From Nitrospirales bacterium (GTDB lineage Bacteria > Nitrospirota > Nitrospiria > Nitrospirales > UBA8639): a stretch of DNA of 64,000 bases. The notes beneath the pieces are model-generated. The model saw only the letters and a list, made by a program, of their open reading frames with translations. It searched no databases and had not been told where the DNA came from. Numbering within the stretch: the first letter of the stretch is position 1; each line of letters begins with the position of its first letter. Of the stretch, positions 54,533 to 64,000 are shown piece by piece. The translations under genes were made by a program, and so were the position numbers. Location: the NCBI GenBank assembly GCA_965203295.1, contig CBDBCZ010000016.1, forward strand, positions 864,001 through 928,000, read 5' to 3'.

Positions 54533-54666
54533 TATTCATGTACCCTAGTTGCAAATAATTTTGGACTAGGAGTGTTGTGAGCAAGGGCTGCAATATAAGG
54601 TGGCACCATGTCAGTCACTTGGATACACGTTCTCCCAAGCTTTTGCTGTTTATGTAGAATTTTTAG
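54533..54666 (+). pseudogene. Sm-site cassette copy 15 (subfamily C, decayed; paralogous to copy 7)
   Basis: Same box deletion and hairpin loss as copy 7; AATATAA; AATTTTTAG 54658-54666. Confidence 0.5.
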
Positions 54667-54853
54667 TCTCTGTACATTCATACATGTATTTTGTCACTTT
54701 TATTCTATGTGTCTAGCTTATATTTTTGGGTGGGTTGCCCGGAGTGTTTTAGACAACAAGGATTTAGGCCGCCATTGACATGTTTATGGTTGTCATAATT
54801 AAATCTCTTCCTGACTGAGATAATGCTTGGTAGGTTGTCAGGTTTGATATCAG

Positions 54854-55467
54854 CAGGAGCGTGTCAAAGTGTACTACAAGGAGCACATCGAGCCGGCAAA
54901 GCTATACTAGTTGCATGCTATACTAGTATACTATACTAGCATGCTGCGAAGGAGCATGCAACTAGTATAGACGGCGAAAATTAGACACGGCATCCGGATG
55001 CTAGTTTTAGTAACCACCAAATATGGAATATATACACACGTGGGTACGTAAGTCGGTGAGCGGCAGCTTTACAGGCGACTACGAAGAGCGTTGGATGGTG
55101 ATACAGCTAACGCAGGCTCCGAGCACAACGACATTGATGTGAGGGTTAGTTGTACTAAGCCGTTATAACAGTCATTGAGCGTGGGTATGGTTGGACTCAC
55201 TTGTTGGAAGATCGGACCGTCTCCCATACGCTTTCGCTTCGGAGAACTAGTCATCTCGCTCAAGTGTATGCCGACACACCGCTTCATTTTTATCCACTTC
55301 GTGGCTTTCTCACTCTTAATGCTGTTACTTTTTTGCATCATAAAAATCTATATATGGATACTACTTTATGTAGATTATGACCGCCATGTTGGAATTTCGT
55401 CGTCTATGTAATGGACATGCATAGTTGCATGCTCCCTTGCCAGCTTTGCCGGCTCGATGCACTCCTG
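54854..55467. mobile_element. TIR element with CAGGAG ends
   Basis: Inverted CATCGAGCCGGCAAAGCT..GGAGCATGCAACTA arms; 7-bp TSD ATATCAG/ATATCAT; empty site visible in paralogs at ~39524 and ~45580. Confidence 0.65.
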
Positions 55468-55726
55468 ATATCATCCATACAAGTGGTTCAGCTGATTGTA
55501 TAATTAAACAGCAGCTAGAGAAAAAAAGGCAGCCTGCTTACAAACACAGAAAAAGATACTGGGCTCTCCCTCGTCTTATGATGTTTTAGAGGGGAGAGCC
55601 TGGGGACGAGGCGATGCACATCATGCAGTAGTGCTAACCTGGAGTAGTTTCATTGAAGGATTCATGTAAAGAAAGCTTCATGTAAAGCTTCAACCATGAG
55701 GTCAAGATGTGGTTCCTGTTTGATTG

Positions 55727-55884
55727 TATTCATGTGCCTTAATTATTCTGGACAAGGAAACCCACAAGTGTTTTGAGCAAGTGCTGCTATATAAACTGGC
55801 CTGGGAGAGTCATTGCCTTCATAACAGCGACCACAACTTCATTGCTTCATTGAATACAATTTTTGGAGGGCTTCTAATATAGCC
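55727..55884 (+). ncRNA. Sm-site small-RNA cassette copy 16 (subfamily B)
   Basis: TATATAA 55788, core ~55807-55857, Sm site 55858-55866, stem-loop GGCT-tctaatat-AGCC. Confidence 0.6.
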
Positions 55885-58307
55885 TATTACAAGTAGTCCT
55901 GTGCTGGGTTAGCCCTTGGGTAACACCTTAGAAAGGTGTGTCTGTAAATATGATGTAATGGAGCCCCAACTCGGATATATAATGCACAAAACCTGGCAAA
56001 CCGAAGGCACCAGATCCACCTTTGGCTGTGCACAAGACTAGTGCCTGGGTGTGCTCACTGATCTAACTTTTAGTGTACCACATTACACATGCACAGTATA
56101 TATGTATCATTCGGAAGAGGTTGTACAGTACACGATAGTGTGACAGCCTACTGGGATCATGGAGTTGTATGCCTGTACAGAAATAGTTTGGTCCAGTTTT
56201 GACCAAGCCCTGTTATCAATACACAAGAAACTCTAGCAATCACTTTCTATGCATCACGACCCAGACTGTTGATGCTCATCACCTTCTCAAACTCTACTAG
56301 TGCAGCAGACAGTAATTCATTAATGGAGGGATTTCAGTGATGAGCAGTCAGTAATTCAGTGATGGAGGGATAATATTATCCTGTAGTATCCGCTAGTTTC
56401 CAGTAGTCTTGGGGAAACTGTATTTTCTGCTGTTGGTGACTTCAAGGTGGTAGATAATTGTGTGTGAATGGGCAGATACAGTTGTAGTTTTTGGACGTCG
56501 AGGGAAGGTCGTGAATCTACCCTTCTGGTAGCTAATCTCAGAATCCGTTAGTGCTAGGATTGGAATAAATGCCTGGGGACGAGGCAGTGTACATCATGCA
56601 GTAGTGCAAACCTGGGGTAGTTTCATTGAAAGACTCATGTATACTCCAGCCCTGGGGTCAAGAAATTTGATACCATACATGGTGACTGTTTGGCGTGTAG
56701 GCAAGCAGAGGTCTGGGCACGAGACTGGAGATCTTTGCTGTTTCTTACAAAATGATAACTGAACAGATTACATGTATGTAATTGTTAATTATGACCAATT
56801 CAGTATGACCTACGAACCATTAGTGTGTTATATTAGGCCTGAGGAAATTATTGTGGCAATAATTTGGAAGCCAAAAGACTAAAGTAGAATAATCGGAAGG
56901 ATATTGATTCAGCCATTGCCTGCCGAAGCCCGAACATGTCGTTTTACTTCTTGCATGCTCTTTCGAAGCAAGCAAACAGGAATCTGCTCTACAGGAATAT
57001 TGGGAGATTTTACTAGTGCTATAATACATAGAAGTCCATGTGCTTCTGGTATGACCTCCCCAATCACTCACCTCGGAGTGCAGCTTCAACGCACCCATCC
57101 TGTCTGCATGGCTGGCTGTTACTCTGCAGATAACGATCCTAGCTACAGCAGCTGACTTGCTGCAGTGCATGCTAATGTGTCAATGTTGCCACTGTAAATT
57201 TTTGTAGTGGCTGTACAATGGAACCCCTCTTGAAATAAGGACACCTCTGTATTAAGCGAACTTGCTATGTCCCAAATATGCCTTTTTAATTTACCCCTGA
57301 AATAAAAACACCTCTCTGTACAGGACAGTTTACCACGTCCCCACAATAGAGGGGTTCCACTGTAGTACATGTAGAACAGAAACTTAAATAGCAAGGGCTG
57401 TCCTGTGACAGGTGATCAGAGAGACTTGTGCAGGGCATTGGCTCCACCCCCCTCCCCTTGAGAATTCTGTCCTGGTATTTAGAATCATGCGTTCCAGCTT
57501 CATTACCCCCTTTCCACCCTTGGGTAGTTTTCTAAATGACACCCTAGGCTTCCCCCTTGCAACATTGGGTCGCCAGACCATTTCAGCTAGGGGGAGGAGC
57601 CAAGGTCTGGGCACGAGTCTAGAATGGGAGAGTCTGGTATGGTTGTACGTTTGCTATTGAAATAGTTGAGGGCATTAGCTTTCATGCAACTGGCAGGAGT
57701 GCCATTTTGAACACTGATATTGTATTGCCCCCCTCCCCTCTCCAGTACAGTTGCATACTTGCAAGCCCAAGGTTTCTGAGGGGGCATCCCCACCCATCCC
57801 CTTGAAGGTTGTAGAGAGAGCTAGGAAATGTTTGGCTAGGTCAGATATCAACTCTGCAAACCTTTCATATTCATCTCAATGGAATGGTATTAGCTATAAA
57901 ACGTGACATCATGCAATATATACTTACACGCGATTGCTTCCAACCTCCTTCGCCTAGACTCTTAAGAGATTTTGATTTGGGTGAGCCTGAGCGAGCCCCA
58001 CACTAGTAGTATACATGTTTATTCTGCCCACAGAGTATGTACATGTATTTCATGCCCCCCAGACTCGGATTGGGCTCGAATGCAGTGGATTGTCAGTGAT
58101 CGAGCTTGCAAATGTTTCCTCTGCAAATTAGTTACAGTACTGTAATGATTTTACTGCTTATTATTTCATTTTACTGTGAAAGTGCAAAAGAGAGACTTGC
58201 ATGACATCATCAGATGGTATAGCTATCATCCCACCACAGTTCACATGATCACTTCTGACCTCCCTAAGGCCTGGGTGTGAGGAGACCGCGTGTTCCCTGT
58301 GTGATGG

Positions 58308-58474
58308 TATTCATGTACCCTAATTGCAATTATGTTTGGACTAGGAAACCCACAAGTTTTGTGAGCAAGTGCTGCTATATAAACTGGCACCATGTTAGTC
58401 ACTTAGACTACATTGTAAGCTTGCTTTAGCCATTTAAAAAAATTTTTGGAAGGCTTCTACAAGTTATGAAGCCT
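58308..58474 (+). ncRNA. Sm-site small-RNA cassette copy 17 (subfamily C variant with different core)
   Basis: All upstream boxes intact, TATATAA 58376, Sm site 58441-58449, stem-loop AGGCTTC-tacaagttat-GAAGCCT. Confidence 0.65.
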
Positions 58475-58526
58475 ATCGAAAGTATGCCTGCGCTCACAGA
58501 ATGTTTATCACATTGTATGTACCTGT

Positions 58527-58876
58527 TAGTGATGGGCGATACCAGCAGCTCAAGAAGTGATATGATATCGGTACTTTGGCCACAGGTATTGCTCATATCA
58601 ATATATTGTGATACGATACCAGATGTGGGTGAATAGCCAAACAAAGAGTTTCTTCAAGATGTACACATACATGTACATGCATATAGAAACTGGATGTGTG
58701 TGAAACAGCCAAACAAAAACTAACAAAAGTTCTTCAAGATGTACACATACATACATGGCACATGATGTAAGGTATCGTATCGCTATACCGTGATATAGTA
58801 TTGAATATCGATACTGACAAAAACAACACCAGTATCGGAGTTATCGCTAAATTGGTATCGGTATCGCCCACCACTA
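58527..58876. mobile_element. hAT-like MITE
   Basis: TIR TAGTGATGGGCGATACC / GGTATCGCCCACCACTA; 8-bp TSD GTACCTGT/GTACATGT. Confidence 0.8.
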
Positions 58877-59257
58877 GTACATGTATTTTATTACGTTTAA
58901 TCTGTGTGTCTGGTTTATATTTTTGGGTTGGTTGCCCTTGACTGATGAAGATTTTGGTCGCCATTGACATTTTTATGGTTGTCATTGAGATGAGCCTGAG
59001 CAAGCTCTACATTATTGAGTTGGCTATGCAATTGCTGTCTTGTCTGTTTTGTACGTACATCGGGCCGAAACTACGTACATTGTTCTATATTTACAGCCTT
59101 GCTAGAAATTTCTTTGACCATGTGCATGTGTGTATATTGTACTGAGCATGAGATCGCAGCAACTACATGTATACAATTTAATGACAGCGTAAACGGGAGA
59201 GGAACAGTCGTGCTTCTGAACCAGCAAACTAACAGAATATATTAAGTACGTGTGCAT

Positions 59258-59350
59258 GTAAGGTGGCACAATGTCAGTCACTTGGAATACGTTTTCTCAA
59301 GCTCTTGCTGTTTATGTAATTTTTGGCAGGCTTGTGTGTGGTGATGGAGC
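59258..59350 (+). pseudogene. Cassette copy 18 (subfamily C, promoter lost)
   Basis: GGTGGCACAATGTCAGTCACTTGGAATAC.. and AATTTTTGG 59318-59326; degenerate hairpin. Confidence 0.45.
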
Positions 59351-59412
59351 ATTTTGAAAGTGTGCATGTGCTTATTGTACTCACAAACTTCCCTTTTTAT
59401 CACATTGTACAT

Positions 59413-59713
59413 TACGGTGGCCGAGAGCGGCCATTCATGTTTCGCGTTCACGTTCACGTTCACTTACACGTTCACGTGTGCGTTCCTGTTTGCGTTCAGA
59501 TGCGTGTATGCGTATACTCGCGTATCGCCGTGCCACATTCATCTTCATGTGCACGTTCGCATTCGCATTCGCATGCGTGTTCACGCGTTCATGCTCTGAG
59601 TATAGTCAGTACATGTACTGGTTCCCAAAATCCCAGAGATAGCGAACCGGAACGCACCCATTAACGCGTAAGTAAACGTGAACAACGTGAACACAAAACG
59701 TTCGGCCACCGTA
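59413..59713. mobile_element. MITE with TACGGTGGCCGA TIRs and (CGTTCA)n interior
   Basis: TIR TACGGTGGCCGA / TCGGCCACCGTA; 6-bp TSD GTACAT. Confidence 0.75.
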
Positions 59714-59933
59714 GTACATTCATACATGTATTTTTTCACTTTTATTCTGTGTGTCTAGTTTATATATTTGGGTTAGTTGTCTGGAGTGTCTTAGACTGGC
59801 GAAGATTTAGGTTGCCGTTGACATGTTTACAGTTGTCATAATTAAATTCTTTCCTAATGTGTTGTAGATTGTACTTGATAGGAGGGCTAGAGCTAGGGCT
59901 AGAGGCGGTGCACATCATGTAGTAGTGCAAACC

Positions 59934-60538
59934 TAGCCTCGTACCCAGGCCTTCCCTCACAGCTTTTTTCGCAGCCGTGGCAAAAAGCGTGGTTAAGGCC
60001 TGGAAGTAAACGTCACGTGATGCGTGCCATCGCTTACGTCAGTTGCAGTGCGTGGGATTGAAGTGACGTCACAGAAGTACACGCGACGATTTATAACGAC
60101 CTCAAGTATAATTTTTAGTCAAAAGAGCAACAGCAAAGCGAAGCTGCAGACTATACTACACTCACTTGAGAGCGATATCCGCAGACAGTAACGTCCAATC
60201 TGCAGCTGGCTTGGCACAACAGTCCTTGGCGCTTAGTCATACGCAGACCGACTCGAACAGCGTAAACAGCGGCTGACGCTCGTGTGTCGTGGGATTCTTA
60301 ACTATTATGACCCGTCCGGCTCACCAACTTTACCGTAACGAGTAACTCCAGAACACAGTGTTGCTAGAGTCTCGAGAGAGTGCCACGTGAAACACGTCAC
60401 GAGTGCAAATGAACCCGTGAACCCTTGTGGTGACGAAAGCGAAGGCACGCATCACGTGATGTTTACTTCCAGGCCTTAACCACGCTTTTTGCCACGGCTG
60501 CGAAAAAAGCTGTGAGGGAAGGCCTGGGTACGAGGCTA
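59934..60538. mobile_element. AcademH-like MITE
   Basis: ~90-bp TIR TAGCCTCGTACCCAGGCCTTCCCTCACAGC..; perfect 9-bp TSD GTGCAAACC. Confidence 0.9.
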
Positions 60539-60834
60539 GTGCAAACCTTCATTGAAGTGCTCATGTATGCTCCAGCCATGGGTTCAAAATTTGACTTCAT
60601 GCACTGTTTGGCGAGTTGGCAAGCAGAGGTCTGGGCACGAGACTGGAGGGAGTTTGGTCCCTGCATCTAGCCTATCCAGTAGCTGAGTAGAGTGCAGTCC
60701 TTAGTCTTAGTGATTACTAGCTCTGCCTAACTAGAGCATGGTCTCATACCCAGCCATTCATGCCTCAGACTCCACCATAAGCTAGAGTATGGTCTCATAC
60801 CCAGCCATCTCCACATGGTGGCCAGTTGTGATTG

Positions 60835-60918
60835 TATTCATGTGCCCTAATTACCTATCACACTGACCGACATGGAAACCCACAAGTGCCTTGAGCAAGT
60901 ACTGCTATATAAACTGGG
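60835..60918 (+). pseudogene. Cassette copy 19 (subfamily D promoter only)
   Basis: TATTCATGTGCCCTAATTACCTAT..GGAAACCCACAAGTG..TATATAA 60906; no Sm site or hairpin found downstream. Confidence 0.45.
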
Positions 60919-60948
60919 ACACTGTCTTGCATTTAGGCTATGTACATG

Positions 60949-61357
60949 CAGAGGAGGTACGTCAAGGTTTGAATTATGCATTACACATGCATGAATTATG
61001 CATTACGCATGCATGCGTACAAGTGCAGTTGGCAGCTAAAACCTCGATTTTCTCGCTATTTTGCCGGGGGGCTCAGCCGCTCAAAAGGCTTACTTTTTAA
61101 AGGCAAAAATCATGGACCTAAAGATCGGGCTGAACTGCAAGAGTATATCGGTGAGCCACTCGCCAGAAATACGGTAGATGCCTTCAATGATGGTAGAAAG
61201 TATTGACTGTTGATTTATAGCAGTCATTAGCTGGAATACCTCTCAAAAAAGTAACGCACAACGCACAGATCCTCTCTTCCAAGTAAAATAGCTCGATATA
61301 CTTACCGGTCATGTGACTAGTTGCCTCTTAGCACGTGATGCTGACGTACCTCCTCTG
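60949..61357. mobile_element. MITE with 9-bp TSD
   Basis: TIR CAGAGGAGGTACGTCA / TGACGTACCTCCTCTG; TSD ATGTACATG. Confidence 0.8.
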
Positions 61358-62400
61358 ATGTACATGTATATAGTCCTTGCTGTCCTGGCGGTGTGAGACA
61401 GTATATAGTTGTCTCATATAGTTGTCTCGAATTTGTCAATGATAGTCAGTCTACCAGTAGAGTTAATGTATTGAAATTATTAGAAGATGATCTGCATATG
61501 GTGGACCATGGTCGTTTGCCACACTTGTGACAGGTAGCAGCGATGAAAGGACAGTTGGGCTTTACACGTCAGTAACACAGCTGGCTTGCTGTGTGTGTGG
61601 AGAGGGGGCACTGCGTAAGTGTGGCTTCACGAGCCAGCTCACTGCTGCCATGGTTACCACAGGAGGGTAGAGGCAGACTGTGCTGCTGGGGCTAATACTC
61701 GTCCATTTTTCCTTTGAACTTCCTTTGAACTCTAACCCTGACCCTAACCCTAACCCCTCCTCCTAACGATACATTGCCGGCAAACCTGGACGTTATAGTT
61801 GGCCATCTGATCATGTGTACGTAGTTTTGTGGTTATCAAGAAGTGCACATCTGCTTATGGTTGAACCACCAGGCTTGAAACTGTATCATCAAAATTACTC
61901 CTAAATTATATTGTCTAAGCCAGAGCAGATACAGAATGACGAGAGTGTGTAGCTATTCTCATCTTCTCGGTTGTTCTTATTATCCACAACTCTACCACCA
62001 GCTGAAGTTAGTCTTGTGCCCAGACCTTAGCTTACCCCCCTCGCTGAAACAGTTTGGTGACCCAAGTTCTTGCCGTGTGCCCAGGCGCATTATCGTCAGG
62101 AAAAGTGTGCCTGGTAGCTACTGTTCGCCTGATGATAGTGCACCTCGGTACAAGGCTACCCAAGCTCTAGCACTTGTTTCACCCACTCACATTCAAGTGA
62201 GATTTCAATTGTTATGCAAAGGAATGCAATTACAGTCTACTGATGTAACTATTATGCTCCGGACTAGGGTTGCCAGAGCAGAGGGAGTAGACAAACTCTT
62301 GGGCACGAGACGCAATACCTTCCTAACTCAAACATCCACGTTTGCAAATAAGCTGGGGTAGTTGTTATGATACATGGGAATCGGGTACATTGTGTCTGAT

Positions 62401-62702
<302 letters not shown>

Positions 62703-62706
62703 GCAG

Positions 62707-62772
62707 GAGGTGTATGGCTGCATGCGAGCAGTGAAAACCAGCCCAATGAAGTTGAACCTTGTCGCCAAATTG
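62707..62772 (+). CDS. MRPL22: MRPL22 exon 3 (EVYGCMRAVKTSPMKLNLVAKL)
   Basis: Matches the uL22 N-terminal motif (S..K...vA.LIRG); CAG acceptor, GTAAGC donor; 22 whole codons. Confidence 0.85.
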
Positions 62773-62847
62773 GTAAGCCCTCACACTGTGGCTGTCTGAT
62801 TGGAGCCGTGCTGTCTGAAGTGAGCTCACTAATGTATCACATTACAG

Positions 62848-62925
62848 ATCCGGGGCATGAGGATCTCTGATGCCATCATTCAAATGGAACTGAGCCAGAA
62901 GAAAGCATCCAAGTTTGTTCTCACT
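62848..62925 (+). CDS. MRPL22: MRPL22 exon 4 (IRGMRISDAIIQMELSQKKASKFVLT); gene continues beyond what I can resolve
   Basis: uL22 motif IRGM....A..Q......KK.A; branch-like CACTAAT, TTACAG acceptor, GTAAGT donor; 26 whole codons. Confidence 0.88.
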
Positions 62926-64000
62926 GTAAGTCAAAAGCCCTCTCCTAATCAGTTCACCAGACCTTAGCTAGTGCTCCAGCTTATTACTCAGCCTCATTCC
63001 CAGGCCTGGAACTGGAATGGGGCTAAAGATTATTGTGCTGTAGTAGGCTCCTACCAGAGGAGGTAGGACACAGCATATGGCACGAAGTATTAGTTGATTT
63101 GTGTCATGTGAATAGTTAATAAAAGTTACTGCAAAATACTTGAGTTGGCATCTCCATGCAGAAGAACTGAAGTAGAGTGTAATTCTGACAGTGAGTCTAG
63201 TAGCGGGTCTCCGCAGGTTAGTAGTCAGAAATACTCATAATGAATGTTGTCTGGGTGGGAAAGCGCAGTTGTGTTAAATTTTGAAGGGCTTGACTTTTAA
63301 GAATGACGATGGATACCTACATCTTCCTTCAAGTCCATATTCCAGATGATTATCCGGCTACACATGACCCTAATGAGCAAAGGTCAACCTTGGCCGTCCT
63401 CCACTGGGCTCCTAGCATGTATTCTTCACTAGAATAGATCATTTAGCACCTGGTGTCACTTCCTGTTCACTACAGCTACTTTATCAACATCACTGGGTTA
63501 GCTTTTCCTTGATTTTCTTCTAGAATGCTCTGTATGAGGTACTTAATGATATCTCATGTGTTGTTGATATCCCAAGTGTAAGTTGTTGTGTTGTAGAGTC
63601 AGTTGAATTTGTTCATTTCCGATGGGGGCGGGGACAAACTCTGTCTCCCTAATAGATTTTTGTGGTTAATTGTACCTGTTCATAACCCCTGAACCCACAA
63701 GCTATTGTTTAGCTATCTTCTAAGTGCATGCATCATTTTATAGGAGGAAGTCATAGTAATCGAGTAGTAAACAGGAAGTGACAATGATGGCTGTTTCCCC
63801 AGACACTATTGGACACTCAAAGAAGAGCTGCTAATTCATATGACATGGACCCAGTGGATCTCCACGTTGGTACGTACTTCGCTGTCAACTCCGCTTGGAA
63901 ATTAGTGTTTGTTGGAAATTACTAATTATAGTGACCTGTCTGATTACTAATTATGGCTTCAATTTAGTGTTAGAAAAAATTAATTATAACTACACCTGTT

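Noticed and set aside
57978..58008. Helitron 3' end (GAGCCTGAGCGAGCCCCACACTAG; related copies ~38620, ~40447, ~54073)
   Set aside because: Hairpin plus CTAG is suggestive, but no 5' end or Rep/helicase could be identified; left as an unclassified repeat.
28828..60918. CRISPR array interpretation of the constant-variable-constant pattern
   Set aside because: Units are dispersed 0.5-5 kb apart, each with its own TATA module; eukaryotic intronic context and no cas genes.
61731..61757. Telomeric (CCCTAA)n
   Set aside because: Only ~4 imperfect units, internal; likely part of a small repeat element.
63050..64000. Further MRPL22 exons or a minus-strand gene
   Set aside because: Candidate AG..GT segments gave stops or no uL22-like translation; not supportable by eye.

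Overview
Eukaryotic genomic DNA from an animal (short GT-AG introns and the MITE types suggest a sponge-like or other early-branching invertebrate; this is inference). 1-13033 (+) is the 3' part of an intron-rich RNF213/mysterin-like AAA+ ATPase gene ending in a SAM-like domain. 17891-20854 (-) is an intronless 987-aa fusion of a flavin aromatic monooxygenase and an RTN4IP1-like NADPH:quinone oxidoreductase. It lies head-to-head with a mitochondrial ribosomal protein L22 (MRPL22) gene that I reconstruct by hand from four exons (21444-21505, 23417-23537, 62707-62772, 62848-62925). The ~39 kb second intron of MRPL22 holds the most striking feature: about 19 co-oriented copies of a small gene-like cassette. 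Each has conserved upstream boxes (TATTCATG ... AAACCCACAAGTG ... GAGCAAGTGCTGC-TATATAA), a variable segment, a canonical Sm-binding site (AATTTTTGG) and a structurally conserved 3' stem-loop (GGCTTC...GRAGCC). In one subfamily the flanks are near-identical while the ~40-50 nt core is swapped between copies, suggesting an undescribed family of U7/SmY-like Sm-class small RNAs with variable guide sequences. The intron is also full of non-autonomous DNA transposons: AcademH-like elements with 9-bp TSDs (one with a RecQ-helicase remnant), P-like and hAT-like elements, foldbacks and satellites. All calls were made by eye, without database searches.
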